A DNA stretch of 64,000 nt. Source: Nitrosopumilales archaeon. GTDB lineage: Archaea > Thermoproteota > Nitrososphaeria > Nitrososphaerales > Nitrososphaeraceae. Position numbers and translations under genes: made by a program. The DNA is taken from positions 220,579 through 284,578 of the forward strand of contig JBIQJB010000001.1 in NCBI GenBank assembly GCA_044507735.1, in the 5' to 3' direction. The notes beneath the pieces are model-generated. The model saw nothing but the letters and a program-made list of their open reading frames with translations, made no database searches and had not been told where the DNA came from. Shown in pieces: positions 20,380-28,712 of this stretch (positions within the stretch are counted from its first letter, which is position 1; every line of letters starts with the position of its first letter).

Positions 20380-20795
20380 CTACTTCCATTCATATCCAAT
20401 GGCTTTGACTTGCTGTGTCGCAGGATCAAAATCAGACTCTAGAGTCAAGATCGTTCAGCCAAGAATATTTCTGCGAATTTGTGTAGCCTGAGATCATCAC
20501 CAATCCTCTTATTTTTCCGCCCTCCACCGTCCTGCCCTTTTCGTGGGCCCACCACAAGAATGTGTCTCCGTCGGAAAATGTTACAAATCCATTGTAGCTT
20601 GCATCGACGACTCCGTGGGGATATTGGGTCATTGTACCAAAACTCATGCTCTTTCCACTTGGAAATTTGCCTATCCCTCTTCCAATCATCAACATAGCTC
20701 AATTCTATTGTTATTCCTTCTACGGGATGCACCTTAGTTATCCTGAACGCTACTGCATTGCCAGTCCCTTCAAAGATTTTCTGGCCTAAAGCCAT
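20380..20795 (-). pseudogene. Frameshifted paralog of 23762-24181
   Basis: MALGQKIFEGTG...KVHPVEG / TMTQYPHGVVDASYNG...SWLN / ILTLESDFDPATQQVKAIGYEWK*; frameshifts near 20680 and 20450. Confidence 0.88.
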
Positions 20796-21092
20796 AGAAA
20801 AATGCAAATTTGCAAATTCATAAGGACTATGTTATTGGGTCTTGGTAACTTGGTGGGGGAGATCAATGTCAATTTCCTTCGCACGATCCTGCTTATCTCA
20901 TGTCAAGTTACTGCCGTCTTCTTTTGCAATATTTAGTACTCTCCACTCGTTGGAATGTTTTTGCCGGTTTTTGTGAAGTTGGATCAGTGAAATGTTCCAT
21001 TTTGAGTTGTTGTCTGTGTTTATCGATAGGAACTATAAGCAGAAGGGCGCATCCACTAATCATAAATCCGACAAAGCTAACTATTCGATAGT

Positions 21093-22592
21093 ATGGAAGA
21101 GCTGCCTCAAAGAGCTTTAATCCTTCAAGGAGGCGGCGCCTTAGGTGCCTATGAGGCAGGTGCTTTCAAGGCGCTATATGAGAAACTGATCAAAGAAGAC
21201 AGAGAGAGCAAGAACGCCGAAAGGCCTCTTTTTGACATCGTCGCGGGTTCGTCGATTGGAGCTGTAAACGCCTGCTTTCTAGTAAGTTACGTTCTCAATA
21301 ACAAACAATCCAATCCTGAGAAGAGCATTGCGGATTGTTGGAAAGATTCCGATCAGGCTCTGGTGAACTTTTGGATCGGTCTTGCCAATCACACCTTACT
21401 AGATAATGCACCAATCCGGTTTGTATGGGATTGGATTTGGAATTCAGCTAAAGCCTACCGAGATGGATGGGTTCAGTACTGGAAAAACCTTGTCGAGATC
21501 TTTCCGGGGAGCATCAGCTTCAGAAAAGAATGGCCTTTCAGGGAGTGGTATTATTCATGGCCTGACAAGTGGGGACCGCTGGCAACAGGTGAAGGAGCAA
21601 GGCGGTATTATTCATACTGGAATTCTTCTTTTACAGGTATCGAGGGGATTTTGACCGGGGGCATTCCTCAACCGGATTACAAATTTCTAAATGGGTTTGC
21701 TCCAGGCTTCTATCGCTTTGACAACACTCCCTTAATCAACACCTTAAAAAGGATGTGGTATCTAAATGGCCAGCCGATATCAACAAAGAAAGGGGAACCT
21801 AGGCTATTGTTGGTTAGCGTCGACGTGCAAGATTGCAGCTCTGCTGCGACCTTCGACAGCTACGAAAAGAAGAGAGACGGCAGTACTATAAGACATCATT
21901 TTACCGAATATGGATCGGAAAATGAGGAGCCAAAAGTAATAGAGTACGAGGGTGTCGCTACAGATCATTTGCTTGCAAGCATGTCTACAAATCAGAGATA
22001 TGAATTTCCTTCCATGCGTACTGCCGACGGAAGGCAGACACGTTACTTTTGGGACGGCGCGTACCTTAGCAATACACCATTGAGGGAAGTTATTCAACAC
22101 CATCGGGACTTTTGGCTAAAAACAGAAGGCGAGAAGAAAGTGCCAGATCTGGAAGTCTATATCATCAACCTATATCCCGCAACTGAAGCAACGGTGCCCC
22201 AAGATGCCGATTCCATCCAAGACCGGGAGATTGATATAAAGTTCCACGATAGAACAAAGTATGACTTGAAGGTTGCTGGCATGGTAACTGACTACATAGA
22301 TCTCGTGGAAAAGCTGAAGGAGCTCGCAGAATCAAAGGGATTGTCAGAACAAGTCAAGAGTATCCTTGATGGAGAAGTGGGGAAGAGCGTCAAGCGAAGC
22401 GGAGATAAGAGAAGGTATCGAAGTCTGATCGAAGGCAGGTTTGCAATCCCGAGAACTGTTCACGTCGAAAGACAGGATGATTCAAATGCAATTTATGGCA
22501 AGGCATTTGACTTTTCAGAGCATACCGTTAAGAACTTGATCGACCTAGGCTACCAAGACGGACTCAAAGCCTATGATAAGAGTGCAGAATGA
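21093..22592 (+). CDS. Patatin-like phospholipase/esterase
   Basis: LQGGGALGAYEAG, GSSIG nucleophile elbow, FWDGAY, DFS...G...G C-terminus. Confidence 0.92.
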   Translation: MEELPQRALILQGGGALGAYEAGAFKALYEKLIKEDRESKNAERPLFDIVAGSSIGAVNACFLVSYVLNNKQSNPEKSIADCWKDSDQALVNFWIGLANHTLLDNAPIRFVWDWIWNSAKAYRDGWVQYWKNLVEIFPGSISFRKEWPFREWYYSWPDKWGPLATGEGARRYYSYWNSSFTGIEGILTGGIPQPDYKFLNGFAPGFYRFDNTPLINTLKRMWYLNGQPISTKKGEPRLLLVSVDVQDCSSAATFDSYEKKRDGSTIRHHFTEYGSENEEPKVIEYEGVATDHLLASMSTNQRYEFPSMRTADGRQTRYFWDGAYLSNTPLREVIQHHRDFWLKTEGEKKVPDLEVYIINLYPATEATVPQDADSIQDREIDIKFHDRTKYDLKVAGMVTDYIDLVEKLKELAESKGLSEQVKSILDGEVGKSVKRSGDKRRYRSLIEGRFAIPRTVHVERQDDSNAIYGKAFDFSEHTVKNLIDLGYQDGLKAYDKSAE

Positions 22593-22698
22593 CTGTGCAA
22601 AATCACTATTACTCGCTTGTCTCCTTAACGATCCTTTCTTGATGAGATATACTGTCACTACCTGAATAGTTATTTTATGATTCTCAATCAATTTGAAA

Positions 22699-23591
22699 GG
22701 AATCGAGTACTATGTTTCCTTGTCTCGTCCGTGCATATTCATCCTTTCTGATCACGCGAACAAATGTCGCTTCTTCTGCAGAAGACTTGTAAACAGCAAA
22801 TTTGACTAACCCTCCGAGAGGATTAATCTGATCATAAACTAGTGTTTGGAATGAATTATGCGTCTTGTGGGCAAGGCCTTAGTGTGATTCAGGCCCAAGG
22901 TCATTAGCGAACTTCGTAATTTTCGCAGCTAGCATGCCCCTAATTCAGCAGATCATCAACGGCATCCGACACATATCGATTGTTCATTATGTCACCTCTA
23001 CCACAACGCGAGTAGTAGATATGTCTTGTTGAAAATAATTTGACATAAGTTCTAAAATAGACATATCCAACTCGTGCTTCTACGGTGAGAAATTCGCACA
23101 TGTTAGTCGAGGTATTGACTTTTGCAAGATTCTGGCTCAATCCTGTAATGACATCGCTCAAATTATACCTGTCAAGACTCTTCAGAAAGGTAGTCTGGAT
23201 CTGAAGCTTGGCGGCCATTAACTTTCTTTTGCAAATAAGGACCCTTTTCTTTCAAAGAGCATCATACTGTCCGTTGTGTGACTAGTTTCAGTTGGATTTG
23301 ACATTATTCTGAGCAGCTTGGAACCAAATTGCCAAATGAATCTGACAAGATTACATTGATGTCATCATTTGTGAGTAGCGTTATTGCATCAGTTGAAACA
23401 TAAGCCTTGCCGGCAATTGTAATCTGTTCAGAAGGAATGTGCACTATGAACCATTTTTCCATTTCAGCCTGCCCTTGTAAACCTGGTGATGTTGTCTTTC
23501 AGGCATGTTCAGTTTGCTATGAGGCCAATGGAAAAGTCGTAGCCATGCACCAACTCACATTGCAGTTTGTTCAATTGCCCATCAGCGTCAA
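22699..23591 (-). pseudogene. cas1: Casposase-type cas1 relic 3 (nearly full length; several stops and frameshifts)
   Basis: Piecewise translation: MTLMGQ...GYDFSIGL...FTGQAEMEKWFIVHIPSEQITIAGKAYVSTDAITLLTNDDINVILSDSFGNL...AKLQIQTTFLKS...TVEARVGYVYFRTYVKLF...SDAVDDLLN*G...ITKFANDLG...GLAHKTHNSFQTLVYDQINP...FAVYK...IRKDEYARTRQGNIVLDS. Confidence 0.88.
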
Positions 23592-23761
23592 CGCATCATG
23601 TGCAGCATGTAATTGCTGCGGCTCTACTCCAGTTCGCCCTATTTTTTGTGCTCAGACTGAGGGAATCAATCTTTGGAAGAGGGAATAAGAAAACAAATCA
23701 AACGCTTTGTGCCCAAAAATCCGCGTTGGACACAAGGCGACTAATCAGAGTGGAATTGCAT

Positions 23762-24181
23762 TTACTTCCATTCATATCCTGTGGACTTGATTTGCCGTGT
23801 TGCAGGGTCAAACTCTGTCTCTAGGACAATGACAAGGTTGTTCAACCAAGAATATTTCTGCGAATTTGTGTAGCCTGAGATCATCACCAATCCTCTTATT
23901 TTTCCGCCCTCCACCGTCCTGCCCTTTTCGTGGGCCCACCACAAGAATGTGTCTCCGTCGGAAAATGTTACAAATCCATTGTAGCTTGCATCGACGACTC
24001 CGTGGGGGTATTGGGTCATTGTACCAGAACCCGTGCTCCTAGCATTTGGAAACTTGCTCAATCCCCTCAGCTCCTCGACAAAGCTCAGTTCCATTGTCGT
24101 TCCTTCCACAGGGTGGACCTTCGTTATCTTGAAACTTACTACGCTGCCAGTCCCTTCAAAGACTTTTTCGTCAAAGACCAT
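23762..24181 (-). CDS. Hypothetical beta-rich protein, 139 aa (intact paralog)
   Basis: Open frame homologous to pseudogene 20380-20795; start set by alignment to the paralog. Confidence 0.8.
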   Translation of the reverse strand: MVFDEKVFEGTGSVVSFKITKVHPVEGTTMELSFVEELRGLSKFPNARSTGSGTMTQYPHGVVDASYNGFVTFSDGDTFLWWAHEKGRTVEGGKIRGLVMISGYTNSQKYSWLNNLVIVLETEFDPATRQIKSTGYEWK

Positions 24182-24653
24182 GACAAAGTGCAGAGTTTGC
24201 AGTTCATAAAGATTGCTTTCCGAGTTCTGGATTTTCTGACGGGACATCTAGGTCGCTAGCAACCGGCTAACCACGCACTATTGATTGGTGCCCAAGTTGT
24301 GATTCAAGAGTACCGTTGGCGTTTGGAGTTTGATTAAGATCGGGCCGAATCACATCGGTGACATCATTCGCTCTCATGCAGGAATCGATCTGAATCTTGC
24401 ATAGTATGAAGTTGAATCACGCACGAGACAGGTGGCGGTTTACTCAAAAGACGTACAAGAACCAACAGTAAATGGACTTGGTATCGGAACAAACAAAGTG
24501 CAGGTATTGAATGAAGGCGATTCGACAAAGATGAAGCCTCTTGAATGGATGGAAAAGAATTAATCGCGCGAAGTCCATGATATACTGAGAGTGCAGGGCC
24601 TTAACTGGATGGCGAGTGGAAAGGGTAGCTGCTGGATAATCATGACAGTTGCA

Positions 24654-25436
24654 TCAAAGTATGGCGGCAGCCTTTAGGAACATGATGACAGCTACAAAGA
24701 TCAACACAACGCCAATGAGCAGCTTCAGAGCGTTGGCACTAAATCTGGTTGTATATTTCGCGCCGATATACCCACCTATCATAGCTGTCGAACCCATCAG
24801 GCCAAGCACCAAAAAATCTACATTTCCATTTAGCAAATGACCTGCCAAGCCCGCCGCACCCATGATCGAAGATGCTGCTAGGTTTGTCCCAATAGCTACC
24901 TTTGGCTCCATCTTTAGCACCCCGATCATTGCCGGCATCCTTATGCTACCAAGTACTAATCCGACCATGCCGCCAAGAAAACCAACACCAAAGCCAATTG
25001 AGGATTCAACACCTAGATTTGGTTTACTCGCGGCCTTCTGTTCGCCCTTTCCTTTTTGAGAGCTAGTGATTAGCGAGTATGCTTCATAGGAAACAATCAA
25101 ACCAATGATGACAAAGAGAAAAGTTACTGGCACATGCTGTGTCAGCATAGAACCAAGAAAAGCACCCGCTGCACCTGTAGCAGCCATTATTGCAAAGATT
25201 CTGAGGTGCACGTTATTCTGTCGGAAGTGTCTGATTGCTGCGGTCATGGCTCCCAGAGTGCTAATGCCCATGTTCGTTCCAGCAACCATAGCTACCGTAG
25301 CTCCTGCGCCTCCAGTCGTTGTGAGAATCAGTGGAAATCTAAGCACTCCGAGAACCAGGCCTAAAAGACCTCCTACAAATCCAATGGCTAACCCAAGTGA
25401 GCCAAGCATGATAATCGTGAATAGGTCAATTGGCAT
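24654..25436 (-). CDS. Sulfite exporter TauE/SafE family protein
   Basis: About 8 TM; duplicated GFVGGLLGLVLG / GFLGGMVGLVLG and A(I)GTN motifs. Confidence 0.9.
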   Translation of the reverse strand: MPIDLFTIIMLGSLGLAIGFVGGLLGLVLGVLRFPLILTTTGGAGATVAMVAGTNMGISTLGAMTAAIRHFRQNNVHLRIFAIMAATGAAGAFLGSMLTQHVPVTFLFVIIGLIVSYEAYSLITSSQKGKGEQKAASKPNLGVESSIGFGVGFLGGMVGLVLGSIRMPAMIGVLKMEPKVAIGTNLAASSIMGAAGLAGHLLNGNVDFLVLGLMGSTAMIGGYIGAKYTTRFSANALKLLIGVVLIFVAVIMFLKAAAIL

Positions 25437-25601
25437 TTTGTTCTATCAGGATATTATCGGAAGCAATAGAGCCTATAAAAGCAGATATTCACACCACGCG
25501 CAACGAAATGATCTCCGCGCGGGATGGAACGGTCAATCAAATTGCTTCCACGACACGAGTTTGCAACTGCGCTAAAATTCATGCTGGATAAAATGAGAAG
25601 A

Positions 25602-25967
25602 CTATCCCTTGCTTTTCGACCACTTTATCATCCAGTCGATCAGCGACATGACAGATTCAACGAGCTCTTGTCCTTTTGGAGTCAGACGATATTCGACACG
25701 TGGTGGGATTTCGTTATATGCCTGCCTGCTCAGGATGCCGCTCTTTTCTAGTTCCTTGAGCCTAGAAGCCAGAGTCTTGCTGCTAATCCCTTTCAATGCC
25801 CGCCGAAACTGTTTGTACCTGACAGGTCTTGTGGTGCAGCAGAGAGGTATCAGAATTTCAAGTGTTCCCCTTTTGGTGATAATTTTGCGCAGCTTGGCTG
25901 TCTCTGCCATCAAGGAATCAACATCGTATCCGCAGCCTTCGATCATTGGGAGCTTCTTGGTTTCCAT
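25602..25967 (-). CDS. HxlR/HypR (MarR/DUF24) family transcriptional regulator with Cys residues
   Basis: GISSKTLASRLKELE...YNEIPPRVEYRLTPKGQEL; Cys in EGCG and PLCCT. Confidence 0.92.
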   Translation of the reverse strand: METKKLPMIEGCGYDVDSLMAETAKLRKIITKRGTLEILIPLCCTTRPVRYKQFRRALKGISSKTLASRLKELEKSGILSRQAYNEIPPRVEYRLTPKGQELVESVMSLIDWMIKWSKSKG

Positions 25968-25975
25968 GGTGAAAC
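25960..25975. promoter_or_regulatory. Putative HxlR operator 1 (GTTTC-N6-GAAAC)
   Basis: Perfect inverted repeat spanning the HxlR start codon; related box at 26009-26025. Confidence 0.55.
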
Positions 25976-26000
25976 TAACGATAGCAGAGTATCCTTGACA

Positions 26001-26035
26001 AGTTAAATAGTTTCCCAAGTAAACCTAAGCGGTGA
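26001..26035 (+). promoter_or_regulatory. TATA (TTAAATA), operator-like box 2 (AGTTTCCCAAGTAAACC) and SD (GGTGA) of the poly-Cys peptide
   Basis: TTAAATA 26003-26009, box 26009-26025, GGTGA 26031-26035, ATG 26040. Confidence 0.6.
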
Positions 26036-26039
26036 TAAA

Positions 26040-26126
26040 ATGGCAAAGAATAACCAACCAAAAGAAGCGGTAAAGGAATGCTGCCCAGATGGTTCGTGCA
26101 AAGGTTGTTGCTGCTGTTGCTGTTAG
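26040..26126 (+). CDS. 28-aa poly-cysteine peptide MAKNNQPKEAVKECCPDGSCKGCCCCCC (not in ORF track)
   Basis: SD GGTGA 4 nt upstream; 9 Cys using mixed TGT/TGC codons; followed by T-tract CTCTTTTTT. Confidence 0.78.
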   Translation: MAKNNQPKEAVKECCPDGSCKGCCCCCC

Positions 26127-26297
26127 GCGGTGGTGAACAACCCCTCTTTTTTCCAAAAAACCACGCGATCGGCAACAGCCGCAAATGTGCCGTAGCAAAA
26201 ACAACCAACTTGCAGCACCCGATACTAAACACCGAGTACGCAGCGGAACTCCAAACCCTAATACTTATATTAAGTTTATAAAACACCGTTATATTGT

Positions 26298-27071
26298 ATG
26301 GCATTTCTAGAAGTAAAGGATCTGCGCGTCAGCATCGACGGCAAGGAGATCCTCTCTGGACTCAATTTGAGCGTTGAAAAGGGTGAGGTCCACGCGATCA
26401 TGGGACCAAACGGTTCTGGCAAGAGCACTCTTGCAAATGCTATCCTTGGTCACCCCAAGTACAACGTCGAGTCTGGCGATATACTCGTAAATGGAGAGAG
26501 CATCCTCGACCTGTCTACCGATCTTCGAGCAAGGAAGGGTCTTTTCCTCGGATTCCAGTACCCTATAGAAATCCCTGGCGTTGGCTATAGCCACTTTTTG
26601 AGGAATGCTTACAACACTCTCGGCAAGGAAGACAAGAACCGCGAAGTGTTCCTCACTGTACGCGAGTTCCACGAGTACGTCAAAAAGAATCTTGACGCGG
26701 TAGGGCTTGACAAGTCGTTCTTGAGTCGATACCTGAACGAAGGGTTCTCCGGCGGGGAGAAGAAGCGCTCAGAAGTAATGCAGATGCTTGTCTTGAAGCC
26801 AAATATTGCGATACTCGACGAACCGGATTCAGGGCTTGACATTGATGCCGTCAAGGCGGTGGCTGAAGCAATAAACAAGCTGATAGATACTGGTGCTGGT
26901 GTGATCGTGATTACACACTATGCTAGGATCCTGCGTTACTTGACAAAACTCGATCGCGTCCACGTGGTTGCAAAGGGAAAAGTAATCCGATCGGGTGGCA
27001 AGGAGCTTTCAGAAGAGCTGGAAACAAAGGGCTATGGCTGGCTTGGGATAGAAGAAGGCAAGCCGGAATAA
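26298..27071 (+). CDS. sufC: Fe-S cluster assembly ATPase SufC
   Basis: GPNGSGKST, FQYPIEIPGV, NEGFSGGEKKR, LDEPDSGLDID, ITHY. Confidence 0.95.
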   Translation: MAFLEVKDLRVSIDGKEILSGLNLSVEKGEVHAIMGPNGSGKSTLANAILGHPKYNVESGDILVNGESILDLSTDLRARKGLFLGFQYPIEIPGVGYSHFLRNAYNTLGKEDKNREVFLTVREFHEYVKKNLDAVGLDKSFLSRYLNEGFSGGEKKRSEVMQMLVLKPNIAILDEPDSGLDIDAVKAVAEAINKLIDTGAGVIVITHYARILRYLTKLDRVHVVAKGKVIRSGGKELSEELETKGYGWLGIEEGKPE

Positions 27072-27453
27072 TAGTGAGACTGTAATTCACAGCTCTTCAC
27101 TCCTCTTTTCTCTTTCGAATATTTCCGAAATTCGGACGATGATCATCAACATAGACTCACGTGATATTGTCCAAAAACGCGACTTCTGCCTGCAGAGCGT
27201 AATCCTGGTTCTCAGTGATATTTGTCCGGGCAGCAGGTGCTGCAACCATAATGGGATACTCCGACTCGATGATTGATCTTTCAATTTCTCATCTACAAAC
27301 CATGTATTCCTGCTTAGACAACGGCAATGACAACAGGCATTATTCGGAGTTGCTATTGCAAGAATAGCTGTATATCAATTGTCTTGCAAGTGGCTGCACG
27401 CGTGAACGAATATACAATTGTTTTAAATATGGTTTGGAGGCAATTTACAGCAA

Positions 27454-28158
27454 ATGTCCGAAACACCCTCTTCTGCTGCTACTACTACTCCCACTGCAAC
27501 TACTTTCTTGAACTTTTCATTCTTCAAGGTGGATCCAAAGTGGCGCTGGCTCAACGAGATCGGCAAGGATGAAGCGGCCAAAGAGTTTGCAAACCTGGTC
27601 GAAGTGGCGAACACTAAGATGAAAGTGCGAACATATTCGACTCTGGGTCTGCGTGAAGATTCTGACTTTATGATCTGGATGATATCTGATTCGGTCGAAA
27701 AGATGCAAGTCATGACTTCCAAGATCTATTCGACAGTGCTTGGAAAATACATCACACCGTCGTATGTCTTTTTGTCTGCAGCAAGACCATCAATCTATTC
27801 TTCGAGGGTTACGCCCGGCTTTATGACCGACGAGCAGCCTATGAAATACTGCATCGTCTACCCTTTCGTAAAGTCACGCGAGTGGTACTTGTTGCCATTT
27901 GAAGAGCGGAAGAAAATGATGGAAGAGCACATCATGGTGGGTCGAAAATTTCCGCAGGTGAGGCTCAATACCACATACTCTTTTGGTCTTGACGATCAGG
28001 ATTTCATGCTGGCATTTGAGACTCCCGATTTGATGGCATTCCTGGAGCTGATAATGCAGTTGCGGGAAACAAAGGTGAGCAAGTACGTTGTCCGAGATAC
28101 TCCTATGATTGTCTGCGTTTATAAGGGAGTCGAGGACATCATCAAAAGTCTGGGATAA
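27454..28158 (+). CDS. Chlorite dismutase/coproheme decarboxylase (ChdC/HemQ) family protein
   Basis: VYPFVKSREWYLL...MEEHIMVG...VRLNTTYSFGLDDQDF. Confidence 0.88.
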   Translation: MSETPSSAATTTPTATTFLNFSFFKVDPKWRWLNEIGKDEAAKEFANLVEVANTKMKVRTYSTLGLREDSDFMIWMISDSVEKMQVMTSKIYSTVLGKYITPSYVFLSAARPSIYSSRVTPGFMTDEQPMKYCIVYPFVKSREWYLLPFEERKKMMEEHIMVGRKFPQVRLNTTYSFGLDDQDFMLAFETPDLMAFLELIMQLRETKVSKYVVRDTPMIVCVYKGVEDIIKSLG

Positions 28159-28712
28159 TGCAGGCGCTAAAAGAATGGGCCGTTGTCTGCAGGGCTCTTG
28201 AAGATGGTCGACAGGTCGTGCTTTTGCGCAAGGGCGGCATACTGGAATACAAGCAGGGCTTTGAAGTGAAACACGACCGGTTCTTGCTGTTTCCCACATT
28301 TGAACACCAGTCTAAGGATCATCTGCAGCCAGATTATGCGAATAAATTGGACGACGTGTTGAAAGAGCAGCCAGCCCCCGGCAGCAACAAGATAACTGCA
28401 TACGCTGAAGCAGTTGAGGTCAAGGAGTTGACCGACCGCACTGCCGTGCACTCGCTTGCAAAATACCACATATGGAACGAAAGCTATGTTAATGCGAGGA
28501 TTGATTACAACCCCAAGAAGCCAATGAGCGTGATATTACTCCGCGTTTTCAAATTGGACAGTCCCATAATGGTCGACAGCAAGCCTGAGTGGGTCGGCTG
28601 CAAATCATGGATACCGCTTGATCTAGAGGCAGAAGGTAGGCCCGCGTTGAGTGATTCTCAGTTTGACAAAATCGCGGCAGAAGTCAGGGAGGTGCTATCT
28701 GTAGCAGCATGA
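28158..28712 (+). CDS. DUF1802 family protein
   Basis: ALKEWAVVCRALEDGRQVVLLRKGGI...FPTFEHQ...GCKSWI. Confidence 0.88.
   Translation: MQALKEWAVVCRALEDGRQVVLLRKGGILEYKQGFEVKHDRFLLFPTFEHQSKDHLQPDYANKLDDVLKEQPAPGSNKITAYAEAVEVKELTDRTAVHSLAKYHIWNESYVNARIDYNPKKPMSVILLRVFKLDSPIMVDSKPEWVGCKSWIPLDLEAEGRPALSDSQFDKIAAEVREVLSVAA

Larger units (their letters stand above)
18194..24600. mobile_element. Decayed casposon-derived island at the aEF-2 3' end (right boundary approximate)
   Basis: Three cas1 relics, a duplicated target-like sequence, AT-richer pseudogene debris and cargo genes; no PolB or clear TIRs remain. Confidence 0.72.

Noticed and set aside
23407-23688. Cys-rich 93-aa plus-strand ORF resembling a metallothionein or zinc finger
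   Set aside because: It is the antisense shadow of cas1 relic 3, whose minus-strand translation aligns with relic 2
24585-24635. Possible right TIR (GAGAGTGC, inverse of GCACTCTC at 18196); also weak leader-like matches at 20161 and 23711-23725
   Set aside because: Matches are 8 bp or heavily mismatched and not distinguishable from chance without alignment statistics
18194-24650. CRISPR array, cas2 or PolB accompanying the cas1 copies
   Set aside because: No regularly spaced repeats and no such ORFs or recognisable remnants seen by eye
26078-26281. 67-aa ORF with a poly-Leu run overlapping the Cys peptide
   Set aside because: Alternative frame of the TGY run; the GGTGA SD and TATA spacing favour ATG 26040, and this ORF reads through the T-tract
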